From Pristiophorus japonicus (lineage: Eukaryota): a stretch of DNA of 64,000 nt. A model generated the notes under the pieces. The model was not told the DNA's origin. It saw only the letters and a list, made by a program, of their open reading frames with translations, and ran no database searches. The stretch lies in the NCBI RefSeq assembly GCF_044704955.1, contig NW_027254589.1:124001-188000 (forward strand). Direction: 5' to 3'. The translations under genes were made by a program, and so were the position numbers. Numbering within the stretch: the stretch's first letter is position 1; each line of letters starts with the position of its first letter. Below are positions 48,060 through 59,656 of the stretch, in pieces.

Positions 48060-51000
48060 GCCCCCACGCATGTGTCTCACCCCCCCAACCAACCCCCCCC
48101 CCGTCACTCTCCCTTCCCCCCACTTTATCACCCCCACCCCGTCTCTCCCCTCCCGTCTCCGCCCCCCTCATCTCCCTCCCCCAGATCTCTTCCCCCGCCA
48201 TCTCTTCCCCCCCCTCCCCCATCTCTCTTCCCCCATCTCTCTCCCCGCCCCGTCCCTCCCCCCACCCAGCCTGGTCTCTGCCGCCCCCCGTCTCTCCCCT
48301 TCCCTCCCGTCTCTCTTCCCCCCTCCCCCGCCTCTCCCGCACGTATCTTCTGCCCCCCGTCTCTTCTGCCCCCCTCTCACTCTCCCCCCTGCCCCGTCTC
48401 TCCCCACCACATCTCTCCCCACCCCCTCTATTCCCCCGCCTCTCTTCCCCCACCTTCCTCCCCGTCTCTCCCTCCCGCCCCCGCGTCTCTTTCACCACCT
48501 GTCTCTCCCTCCCGCCCCCGTCACTCCCTCCCCCCCCCGTCACTCCCTCCCCCCCCGTTACTCCCTCCCGCCCCCGTCTCTCCCTCCCGCCCCCGTCACT
48601 CCCTCCTGTCCCCGTCTCTCCCTCCCGCCCCCGTCACTCCCTCCCGCCCCCGTCTCTCCCTCCCGCCCCCGTCACTCCCTCCAGTCCCCGTCTCTCCCTC
48701 CCGCCCCCGTCTCTCCCTCCCGCCCCCGTCTCTCCCTCCCGCCCCCGTCACTCCCTTCCGTCCCCGTCTCTCCCTCCCGCCCCCGTCATTCCCTCCCGCC
48801 CCCGTCTCTCCCTCCCGCCCCCGTCACTCCCTCCCCCCCGTCACTCCCTCCTGTCCCCGTCTCTCCCTCCCGCCCCCGTCACTCCCTCCCGCCCCCGTCT
48901 CTCCCTCCCGCCCCCGTCACTCCCTCCCCCCCGTCACTCCCTCCTGTCCCCGTCTCTCCCTCCCGCCCCCGTCACTCCCTCCCCACCCCGTCTCTCCCTC
49001 CCCCCATCTCTCCCACACCCCCCATCTCTCCCTCCCGCCCCCATCTCTCCCTCCCCCCCGTCTCTCCCTCCCCCCATCTCTCCCTCTCCCCCATCTCTCC
49101 CTCCCCCCCGTCACTCCCACCCCCCCGTCACTCCCACCCCCCCCGTCACTCCCTCTCCCCCCCGTCTCTCCCTCCCATTCCCGTCTCTCCATCCCGCCCC
49201 CATCACTCCCCACCCCCTCTCTTCCCCCGCCTCTCTTCCCCCACCTTCCTCCCCGTCTCTCCCTCCCGCCCCCGCGTCTCTTTCACCACCTGTCACTCCC
49301 TCCCGCCCCCGTCACTCCCTCCCCCCGTCACTCCCTCCCCCCCCGTCACTCCCTCCCCCCCGTCACTCCCTCCCTCCCCGTCTCTCCCTCCTGCCCCCGT
49401 CTCTCCCTCTCAACCCCCGTCTCTCCCTCTCACCCCCCGTCTCTCCCTCTCACCCCTGTCTCTCCCACCCACCCCCGTCACTTCCTCCCCCCCGCCACTC
49501 CCTCCCCCCACGTCACTCCCTCCCTCCCCGTCTCTCCCTCCCGCCCCCGTCTCTCCCTCCCGCCCCCGTCATTCCCTCCCCACCCCGTCTCTCCCTCCCC
49601 CATCTCTCCCTCACCCTCCATCTCTCCCTCACCCTCCATCTCTCCCTCCCGCCCCCATCTCTCCCTCCCCCTCCATCTCTCCCTCCCCCCGCCCCGTCTC
49701 TCCCTCCCCCCCGTCTCTCCCTCCCCCCCATCTCTCCCTCCCGCCCCCATCTCTCCCTCCCCCCCCGTCTCTCCCTCCCCCCATCTCTCCCTCCCCCCCC
49801 ATCTCTCCCTCCCCCCCGTCACTCCCACCACCCCCGTCACTCCCTCCCCCCCCGTCTCTCCCTCCCGCCCCCGTCTCTCCCTCCCTCCCCATCTCTCCCT
49901 CCCCCCCGTCACTCCCACCACCCCCGTCACTCCCTCCCCCCCCCCCCGTCTCTCCCTCCCGCCCCCGTCTCTCCATCCCGCCCCCGTCACTCCCTCCCGC
50001 CCCCATCTCTCCCTCCCGCCCCCGTCACTCCCTCCCCCCCGTCACTCCCTCCTGTCCCCGTCTCTCCCTCCCGCCCCCGTCACTCCCTCCCCACCCCGTC
50101 TCTCCCTCCCCCCATCTCTCCCTCACCCCCCATCTCTCCCTCCCGCCCCCATCTCTCCCTCCCCCCCGTCTCTCCCTCCCCCCGTCTCTCCCTCCCCCCC
50201 ATCTCTCCCTCCCGCCCCCATCTCTCCCTCCCCCCCCGTCTCTCCCTCCCCCCATCTCTCCCTCCCCCCCCATCTCTCCCTCCCCCCCGTCACTCCCACC
50301 ACCCCCGTCACTCCCTCCCCCCCCGTCTCTCCCTCCCGCCCCCGTCTCTCCCTCCCTCCCCATCTCTCCCTCCCCCCCGTCACTCCCACCACCCCCGTCA
50401 CTCCCTCCCCCCCCCCGTCTCTCCCTCCCGCCCCCGTCTCTCCATCTCCCCCCCGTCTCTCCCTCCCGTTCCCGTCTCTCCATCCCGCCCCCATCACTCC
50501 CCACCCCCTCTCTTCCCCCGCCTCTCTTCCCCCACCTTCCTCCCCGTCTCTCCCTCCCGCCCCCGCGTCTCTTTCACCACCTGTCACTCCCTCCCGCCCC
50601 CGTCACTCCCTCCCCCCGTCACTCCCTCCCCCCCCGTCACTCCCTCCCCCCCGTCACTCCCTCCCTCCCCGTCTCTCCCTCCTGCCCCCGTCTCTCCCTC
50701 TCACCCCCCGTCTCTCCCTCTCACCCCCCGTCACTCCCTCCCCCCCCGTCACTCCCTCCCCCCCGTCACTCCCTCCCTCCCCGTCTCTCCCTCCTGCCCC
50801 CGTCTCTCCCTCTCACCCCCCGTCTCTCCCTCTCACCCCCTGTCTCTCCCACCCACCCCCGTCACTTCCTCCCCCCCGCCACTCCCTCCCCCCACGTCAC
50901 TCCCTCCCTCCCCGTCATTCCCTCCCCACCCCGTCTCTCCCTCCCCCATCTCTCCCTCACCCTCCATCTCTCCCTCCCGCCCCCATCTCTCCCTCCCCCC

Positions 51001-54000
51001 CGTCTCTCCCTCCCCCCCATCTCTCCCCCCCCCCCATCTCTCCCTCCCCCCCATCTCTCCCTCCCGCCCCCATCTCTCCCTCCCCCCATCTCTCCCTCCC
51101 CCCCCATCTCTCCCTCCCGCCCCCGTCTCTCCCTCCCGCCCCCGTCACTCCCTCCCGTCCCCGTCTCTCCCTCCCGCCCCCGTCACTCCCTCCCGCCCCC
51201 GTCTCTCCCTCCCGCCCCCGTCACTCCCTCCCCCCCGTCACTCCCTCCTGTCCCCGTCTCTCCCTCCCGCCCCCGTCACTCCCTCCCCACCCCGTCTCTC
51301 CCTCCCCCCATCTCTCCCTCACCCCCCATCTCTCCCTCCCGCCCCCATCTCTCCCTCCCCCCCGTCTCTCCCTCCCCCCATCTCTCCCTCTCCCCCATCT
51401 CTCCCTCCCCCCCGTCACTCCCACCCCCCCGTCACTCCCACCCCCCCCGTCACTCCCTCTCCCCCCCCGTCTCTCCCTCCCGTTCCCGTCTCTCCATCCC
51501 GCCCCCATCACTCCCCACCCCCTCTCTTCCCCCGCCTCTCTTCCCCCACCTTCCTCCCCGTCTCTCCCTCCCGCCCCCGCGTCTCTTTCACCACCTGTCA
51601 CTCCCTCCCGCCCCCGTCACTCCCTCCCCCCCCGTCACTCCCTCCCCCCCGTCACTCCCTCCTGCCCCCGTCTCTCCCTCCTGCCCCCGTCTCTCCCTCT
51701 CACCCCCCGTCTCTCCCTCTCACCCCCCGTCTCTCCCTCTCACCCCTGTCTCTCCCACCCACCCCCGTCACTTCCTCCCCCCCGCCACTCCCTCCCCCCA
51801 CGTCACTCCCTCCCTCCCCGTCTCTCCCTCCCGCCCCCGTCTCTCCCTCCCGCCCCCGTCATTCCCTCCCCACCCCGTCTCTCCCTCCCCCATCTCTCCC
51901 TCACCCTCCATCTCTCCCTCCCGCCCCCATCTCTCCCTCCCCCCGCCCCGTCTCTCCCTCCCCCCCGTCTCTCCCTCCCCCCCATCTCTCCCTCCCCCCC
52001 GTCACTCCCACCACCCCCGTCACTCCCTCCCCCCCCGTCTCTCCCTCCCGCCCCCGTCTCTCCCTCCCTCCCCATCTCTCCCTCCCCCCCGTCACTCCCA
52101 CCACCCCCGTCACTCCCTCCCCCCCCCCGTCTCTCCCTCCCGCCCCCGTCTCTCCATCCCGCCCCCGTCACTCCCTCCCGCCCCCGTCTCTCCCTCCCGC
52201 CCCCGTCACTCCCTCCCCCCCGTCACTCCCTCCTGTCCCCGTCTCTCCCTCCCGCCCCCGTCACTCCCTCCCCACCCCGTCTCTCCCTCCCCCCATCTCT
52301 CCCTCACCCCCCATCTCTCCCTCCCGCCCCCATCTCTCCCTCCCCCCCGTCTCTCCCTCCCCCATCTCTCCCTCTCCCCCATCTCTCCCTCCCCCCCGTC
52401 ACTCCCACCCCCCCGTCACTCCCACCCCCCCCGTCACTCCCTCTCCCCCCCCGTCTCTCCCTCCCGTTCCCGTCTCTCCATCCCACCCCCATCACTCCCC
52501 ACCCCCTCTCTTCCCCCGCCTCTCTTCCCCCACCTTCCTCCCCGTCTCTCCCTCCCGCCCCCGCGTCTCTTTCACCACCTGTCACTCCCTCCCGCCCCCG
52601 TCACTCCCTTCCCCCGTCACTCCCTCCCCCCCGTCACTCCCTCCCCCCCGTCACTCCCTCCCTCCCCGTCTCTCCCTCCCGCCCCCGTCACTCCCTCCCC
52701 CCGTCACTCCCTCCCCCCCCGTCACTCCCTCCCTCCCCGTCTCTCCCTCCCTCCCCGTCTCTCCCTCCCTCCACGTCTCTCCCTCCCTCCCCGTCTCTCC
52801 CTCCCGCCCCCGTCTCTCCCTCCCGCCCCCGTCTCTCCCTCCCGCCCCCGTCTCTCCCTCCCCCCGTCTCTCCCTCCCGCCCCAGTCTCTCCCTCCCCCT
52901 CCCGTCTCTCCCTCCCGCCCCGTCTCTCCCTCCCCCTCCGTCTCTCCCTCCCCCTCCGTCACTCCCTCACCCTCCGTCACTCCCTCCCTCCCCGTCTCTC
53001 CCTCCCGCCCCCGTCTCTCCCTCCCCTCCATCTCTCCCTCCACCCCCCCCGTCTCTCCGTCCCCCCCCCGTCTCTCCCTCCCGCCCCCGTCTCTCCCTCC
53101 CCCCCCGTCTCTCCGTCCCCCCCAGTCTCTCCCTCCCCCCCCGTCTCTCCGTCCCCCCCAGTCTCTCCCTCCCGCCCCCGTCTCTCCCTCCCCCCCCATC
53201 TCTCCGTCCCCCCCAGTCTCTCCCTCCCGCCCCCGTCTCTCCCTCCCGCCCCAGTCTCTCCCTCCCCCCGTCTCTCCCTCCCTCCCCGTCTCTCCCTCCC
53301 CCCCCATCTCTCCCTCCCCCCCCGTCTCTCCCTCCCGCCCCAGTCTCTCCCTCCCCCCCGTCTCTCCCTCCCCCCCCGTCTCTCCCTCCCGCCCCAGTCT
53401 CTCCCTCCCCCCCCGTCACTCCCTCCCCCCCCGTCTCTCCCTCCCGCCGCAGTCTCTCCCTCCCGCCCCCGTCTCTCCCTCCCCCCCGTCTCTCCCTCCC
53501 GCCCGTCTCTCCCTCCCGCCCCCGTCTCTCCCTCCCTCCCCCGTCTCTCCCTCCCGCCCCCGTCTCTCCCTCCCCTCCATCTCTCCCTCCACCCCCCCCG
53601 TCTCTCCGTCCCTCCCCCGTCTCTCCCTCCCCTCCATCTCTCCCTCCACCCCCCCCGTCTCTCCCTCCCGCCCCCGTCTCTCCCTCCCCTCCATCTCTCC
53701 CTCCACCCCCCCCGTCTCTCCCTCCCTCCCCCGTCTCTCCCTCCCGCCCCCGTCTCTCCCTCCCCTCCATCTCTCCCTCCACCCCCCCCGTCTCTCCCTC
53801 CCCCCCCGTCTCTCCCTCCCGCCGCAGTCTCTCCCTCCCGCCCCCGTCTCTCCCTCCCCCCCGTCTCTCCCTCCCGCCCGTCTCTCCCTCCCGCCCCCGT
53901 CTCTCCCTCCCGCCCCCGTCTCTCCCTCCCGCCCCCGTCTCTCTCTCTCCCCCCCGTCTCTCCCTCCCTCCCCCGTCTCTCCCTCCCGCCCCCGTCTCTC

Positions 54001-54900
54001 CCTCCCCTCCATCTCTCCCTCCACCCCCCCCGTCTCTCCGTCCCCCCCCGTCTCTCTCTCCCGCCCCGTCTCTCCCTCCCTCCCCCGTCTCTCCCTCCCT
54101 CCCCCGTCTCTCCCTCCCTCCACGTCTCTCCCTCCCTCCCCGTCTCTCCCTCCCTCCCCCGTCTCTCCCTCCCGCCCCCGTCTCTCCCTCCCGCCCCCGT
54201 CTCTCTCTCTCCCCCCCGTCTCTCCCTCCCTCCCCGTCTCTCCCTCCCTCCCCCGTCTCTCCCTCCCCTCCATCTCTCCCTCCACCCCCCCCGTCTCTCC
54301 GTCCCCCCCCGTCTCTCTCTCCCGCCCCCGTCTCTCCCTCCCTCCCCCGTCTCTCCCTCCCGCCCCCGTCTCTCTCTCCCGCCCCCGTCTCTCTCTCCCG
54401 CCCCCGTCTCTCCCTCCCCCCCGTCACTCCCTCCCCCTCCCCCCCGTCTCTCCCTCCCGCCCCCGTCTCTCCCTCCCGCCCCCGTCTCTCTCTCTCTCCC
54501 CCCCGTCTCTTCCCCCACCCCCATTTCATTCCCCCACTGCCGTGTCTGAGTCTCTTTCCCCCACACCGTCCGTCTCTCGTTCCCCCTACCCCTGTCTCTC
54601 TTCCCCCAGTACCGTCCCCCTCTCTCTCTCTCCCCCAGCCCCATCGTTTCTTCCCCGCAGCTTCGTCTCACTCTCTCTCTCTCCCCAGTTTCTCCCTCTC
54701 TCCACCCCCCCGTCCCTCTCTTTCTCCGTCTTCCCCCAACCCTTTCTCTCCCTCCTCGTTCCTCCCCCAGCGCCTCTCTCTTTCACTCCCCCCCCCCCCC
54801 CCTGCCCCCCGCACAACCCGCTTTCTCTCTCTCTCCCTCCCCCCCCCCCCCCCCCCGAAGCACCTCTCTGTCTCCCTCTTCCATCCGCCCTCTCGGCCCC
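48060..54900. repeat. 6.8-kb polypyrimidine/C-rich minisatellite with higher-order structure
   Basis: Variants of CCGTC(T/A)CTCCCTCCCGCCC, with a rare marker recurring five times. Confidence 0.97.
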
Positions 54901-55157
54901 CCACCAAGACCAGGTTGGCAGTCTCGGGCCTCGGGTCCTGCTTCTCGGCACCATGTGAAGTGAATGATTCTGGGCGGTGGGGAGGGGTGCGGAGGCGGGA
55001 GGGAGACAGTGCTTGAGATGAGCGCGGGGCGGAGCTAGATAAATGGCAGACTCAGCACCGGGCGGGTGTAGCGCGGGGGCTTGACAGACACATGCGCAAA
55101 AAAAGTGCAGTACAGATAGTTACATCGAAAAGAAATCGGGTGCCTCGTTAACTGTTG

Positions 55158-57135
55158 AAACATAGAAAATCGGTGCAGGAGTAGGCCATTCGGCCATTCG
55201 AGCCTGCACCACCATTCAATAAGATCATGGCTGATCAGTACCCCTTTCCTACTTTCTCTCCATACCCCTTGATCCCTTTAGCTGTAAGGGCCATATCTAA
55301 CTCCCTCTTGAATATATCCAATGAACTGGCATCAACAACTCTCTGCGGTAGGGAATTCCACAGGTTAACAACTCTCTGAGTGAAGAAGTTTCTCCTCATC
55401 TCAGTCCTAAATGACTTACCTCTTATCCTTAGAATGTGTCCCCTGGTTCTGGACTTCCCCAACATCGGGAACATTCTTGTCTAGTCCTGTCAGAATTTTA
55501 TAGGTTTCAATGAGATCCTCCTTCATCCTTCTAAACTCTAGTGTATACAGGCCCAGTCGATCCAGTCTCTCCTCACATTTATCCACATTATACTGCATCT
55601 GCCATGCATTTGCCCACTCACCTAACCTGTCCAAGTCACCCTGCAGCCTCTTAGCATCCTCCTCACAGCTCACACCACCACCCAGTGTAGTGTTATCTGC
55701 AAACTTGGAGATATTGCACTCAATTCCTTCATCTAAATCATTGACGTATATTGTAAATAGCTGGGATTCCAGCACTGAGCCCTGCGGCACCCCACTAGTC
55801 ACAACATTTTCCATACTACTGATGTCAGGCTAACCGGTCTCTCCCCCTCCTTTTTTAAACAGTGGTGTTACATTAGCTACCCTCCAGTCTATAGGAGCTG
55901 ATCCAGAGTCGATAGACTGTTGGAAAATGATCACCAGTGCATCCTATTTCTAGGGCCACTTCCTTAAGTACTCTGGGATGCAGACTATCAGGCCCCGGGG
56001 ATTTATCGGCCTTCAATCCCATCAATTTCCCTGACACAATTTCCTGCCTAATAAGGATTTCCTTCAGTTCCTCCTTCTCACTCGACCCTCGGTCCCCTAC
56101 TATTTCCGGAAGGTTATTTGTGTCTTCCTTCGTGAAGACAGAACCAAAGTATTTGTTCAACTGGTCTGCCATTTCTTTGTTCTCCATTATAAATTCACCT
56201 GAATCTGACTGCAAGGGACCTACGTTTGTCTTCACTAATCTTTTTCTCTTCACACATCTATAGAAGCTTTTGCAGTCAGTTTTTATGTTCACAGCAAGCT
56301 TCCTCTCATAATCTATTTTCCCCCTCCTAATTAAACCCTTTGTCCTCCTCTGTTGAATTCTAAATTTCTCCCAGTCCTCAGGTTTTCTGCTTTTTCTGGC
56401 CAATTTATATGCCTCTTCCTTGGATTTAACACTATCCTTAATTTACCTTGTTAGCCACGGTTGAGCCACCTTCCCTGTTTTATTTTTACTCCAGACAGGG
56501 ATGTACAATTGTTGAAGTTCATCCATGTGATCTTTAAATGTTTGCCATTGCCTATCCACCGTCAATCCTTTAAGTATCAATCGCCAGTCTATCTAGCCAT
56601 TTCACATTTCATACCATCGAAGTTACCTTTCCTTAAGTCTCTGAATTAACTGTGTCACTCTTCATCTTAATAAAGAATTCTACCATATTATGGTCGCTCT
56701 TCCCCAAGGGGCCTCGCACAACAAGATTGCTAATTAGTCCCTTCTCATTACACATCACCCAGTCTAGGATGGTCAGCCCTCTAGTTGGTTCCTCGACATA
56801 TTGGTCTAGAAAACCATCCCTAATACACTCCAGGAAATCCTCCACCACCATATTGCTACCAGTTTGGTTCGCCCAATGTATATATAGATTAAAGTCGCCT
56901 ATGATAACTGCTGTACCTTTATTGCATGCATCCCCAATTTCTTGTTTGATGCTGTCCCCAACCTCACTACTACTGTTTAGTGGTCTGTACACAACTCCCA
57001 CTAGCGTTTTCTGCCCTTTGGTATTCCGTAGCTCCACTCGTACCGATTCCACATCATCCAAGCTAATGTCCTTCCTTACTATTGCGTTAATTTCCTCTTT
57101 AACCAGCAACACCACCCCACCTCCTTTTCCTTATC
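55158..57135 (-). mobile_element. CR1 LINE ORF2 with internal deletions
   Basis: EN and RT fragments homologous to ORF2 at 36685; tail at ~55160. Confidence 0.92.
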
Positions 57136-57224
57136 TTTGAAGGGGATAACAGAACATTAAATGACATAAGCGATATAATCAATAACTGTTTCAGATTGTC
57201 AGCATTTGCAGTTGAAATCCTAGA

Positions 57225-57920
57225 ATGGTTACAGCACAGGAGGCCATTCGGTCCATTGATCCCGTGCCGGCTCTCTGCAAGAGCAATTCAGCTACTCCCA
57301 CTCCCCCGCCCTTTCCCCATAGACCTGCAAAAAGGTTTTTCTTCAGGTACTCATCCAACTCCCTTTTGAAAGCCACAATTGAGTCTGCCTCCACGACCCT
57401 TTCAGGCAGTGCATTCCAGATACTAACCACTCGATGTGTAAAAAGGTTTTTCCTCATCTTGCTTTTGGTCCTTTTGCCAATCACCTTAAATCTGTGTCCT
57501 CTAGTTCTCAACCCTTCCGCCAATGGGAACAGTTTCTCTCTGTCGACTCTGCCCAGACCCCTCATAATTTTGAACACCTCCATCAAATCTCCTCTCAATG
57601 TTCTCTGCGCCAAGGAGAACAAGTCTAGCTTCTGCCGTCTATTAAAGTAACTGAAGTCCCTCATTCCTGGAATCATTCTCGTAAATCTTTTCTGCACCTT
57701 CTCTAAGGCCTCAACATCCTTCCTAAAGTATGCTGCCTAGAAATGGACACAATACTCCGGTTGGGGCCGAACCAATATTTTATACGCTATAGTTCTACCC
57801 CTCTCTGCCCTTTACACTATTACTATCCCAGTCTATATTGGGATAATTGAAGTCCCCCATTATCATTACTCTATAGTTCCTACACCTCTCTGTAATTTAC
57901 CTGCACATTTGCTCCTCTTT
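57225..57920 (-). mobile_element. Older CR1 LINE fragments
   Basis: QKRFTRMIPG...LRGDL..RTRGH..WNALP motifs. Confidence 0.85.
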
Positions 57921-58301
57921 GCCTTTTGAGAATATTCTGGATTTTTCCGTGATTACCTTTGAGAATCAGGGAGCGTTTATACAGAACTTCCCCTCAGGAG
58001 ATTAAATGAGTGAGTGAGTAGAGTCTATGATAGGGTAGCGTGTATACAAACTGTACAAGGAGATTTCATGGGCATGTAGTGTTTATGGTGTGTTTGTGTG
58101 AAGCGGGGTGGGGGCATTAAATGGACAGAGTAAAGTCTATGATAGAGTAGAGTGTACATGGACTGAATGAGGAGAATAAATAGGTAGGGTAAAAAGTCTA
58201 TGATTGGGAAGAATGTCCATGGGCAGTGGGAGGAGAGTAATTTGATGGTAGAGTCCAGGATAGATTGTATACAGGTTTGCAAGGAGTTCAAATTGGTGGG
58301 T

Positions 58302-58670
58302 GGTCCATGATAGGCTGTAGAAGGAGAAACAGTTGGTAGCTGGTCCATGATAGGCTGTAGGAGGAGATACAGTTGGTAGCTGGTTCATGATAGGCTGTAG
58401 AAGGGGATACATTGGTAAGTGGTCCATGATAGGCTGTAGAAGGAGATACAGTTGGTAGCTGGTCCATGATAGGCTGTAGGAGGAGATACAGTTGGTAGCT
58501 GGTCCATGATAGGCTGTAGAAGGAGATACAGTTGGTAGCTGGTCCATGGTAGGCTGTAGACGGAGATACAGTTGGTAGCTGGTCCATGATAGGGTGTAGA
58601 AGGAGATACAGTTGGTAGGTGGTCCATGATAGGCTGTAGAAGGAGATACAGTTGGTAGGTGGTCTATGAT
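58302..58670. repeat. 40-bp minisatellite (~9 copies)
   Basis: GGTCCATGATAGGCTGTAGAAGGAGATACAGTTGGTAGCT, head-to-tail. Confidence 0.95.
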
Positions 58671-59097
58671 GAGGTGAAGAAGGAATGGACCAGATGAAAT
58701 GAATGTCCTTAAGTAGTTCAATGCTTTATAATTTTGCTGGTTATCAATTGTATTCAACTCTTTTCAGATACGTTTTTGTCTGAGTACTTAGTGACCAAGG
58801 AAAATTCTTAAAAAATATATTTTTAATCACATTCAACACTATATTTTATCCCAAGTGTGGTTACATAATATTCCCGCACAGCTAAACTCATAGTAAAGAG
58901 TTCATGGTTCAGAACTTTAGAAAATGATTCCATTTTTAATATAAGGTATTAACAATTTAACTCTGCTGATTTAGTATTAGAATCTGTTTTTCCTTTTAAG
59001 CACATAATCTATGTTGCCTGAACTTTCCATTTAAAGAATGAGGACTATTGGAAACCTTCAGACTGGTTCTTACATTACTGATATTTTTCCCTCATAG

Positions 59098-59442
59098 TTG
59101 CAAATGCTCCAGTCCTTATCCAGGCTCCGAGCCTGGAACGTGTCACAGAGGGTCACACGGCGCGGTTACAGTGCACCATGCGGAACACCAGAGTGAGTGA
59201 CACCGATGTCCACTGGTACCGGCAACTACCGGGGCAAGATACGGAGTGGGTTTTAACACATGAGGCAAGTGGCAGCACACGAGGGAGCCCAGGTTCCACT
59301 GACCGTCTCCAGCCTTCCAGAGACATCTCCAATAACAGCTTCATTCTGACAGTCACAGACGTGCAGCCCAGTGACACTGCCGCCTATTACTGTAAAGTGT
59401 GGGGCGATATCAGCGGGAGCGGAACCCAGCTCAATGTAACCA
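59098..59442 (+). CDS. Ig V-set exon V4 (germline-joined VJ), near-identical to V2
   Basis: Acceptor TTTTTCCCTCATAG, donor GTAAGT at 59443. APVLIQAPSLERVTEG...YYCKVWGDISGSGTQLNVT. Confidence 0.93.
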
Positions 59443-59656
59443 GTAAGTACAGTTTACGTTATACTAACTGATCTCCGATGGTGTCGTTGATGGGCAGGCT
59501 GAGAATTGAAGAGCAGTTTTGCTTGTTTATTTCTAATTTTTATATCACGGATTAAAACGTTGTTCAAAAATCTGAAAAAATTAAAGTATTTTTCATGAAT
59601 TTTCAGTGCTTGCACCTGATGAAATCAATATTTGTAAATTTTGCGGTGTGCTCGAC

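Larger units (their letters stand above)
22068..59442 (+). other. Predicted multi-exon non-rearranging Ig-superfamily gene with at least four germline VJ domains (partial)
   Basis: Four same-strand phase 1-1 V exons join into an open 1392-nt frame. No C or TM exon was found between or after them in the window. Confidence 0.65.

Noticed and set aside
48070-55016. 2159- and 2314-aa Pro-rich ORFs (also 18793-20930 and 28334-28882)
   Set aside because: By-products of C-rich tandem repeats lacking stop codons in several frames; no domain or splice evidence.
18950-58670. Tandem arrays as CRISPR
   Set aside because: No unique spacers, no cas genes, vertebrate context.
22068-59442. Naming the V exons as IgL, TCR, NKp30 or UrIg
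   Set aside because: No leader, C1 exon or RSS in the window and no search was possible; features are mixed, so no symbol was assigned.
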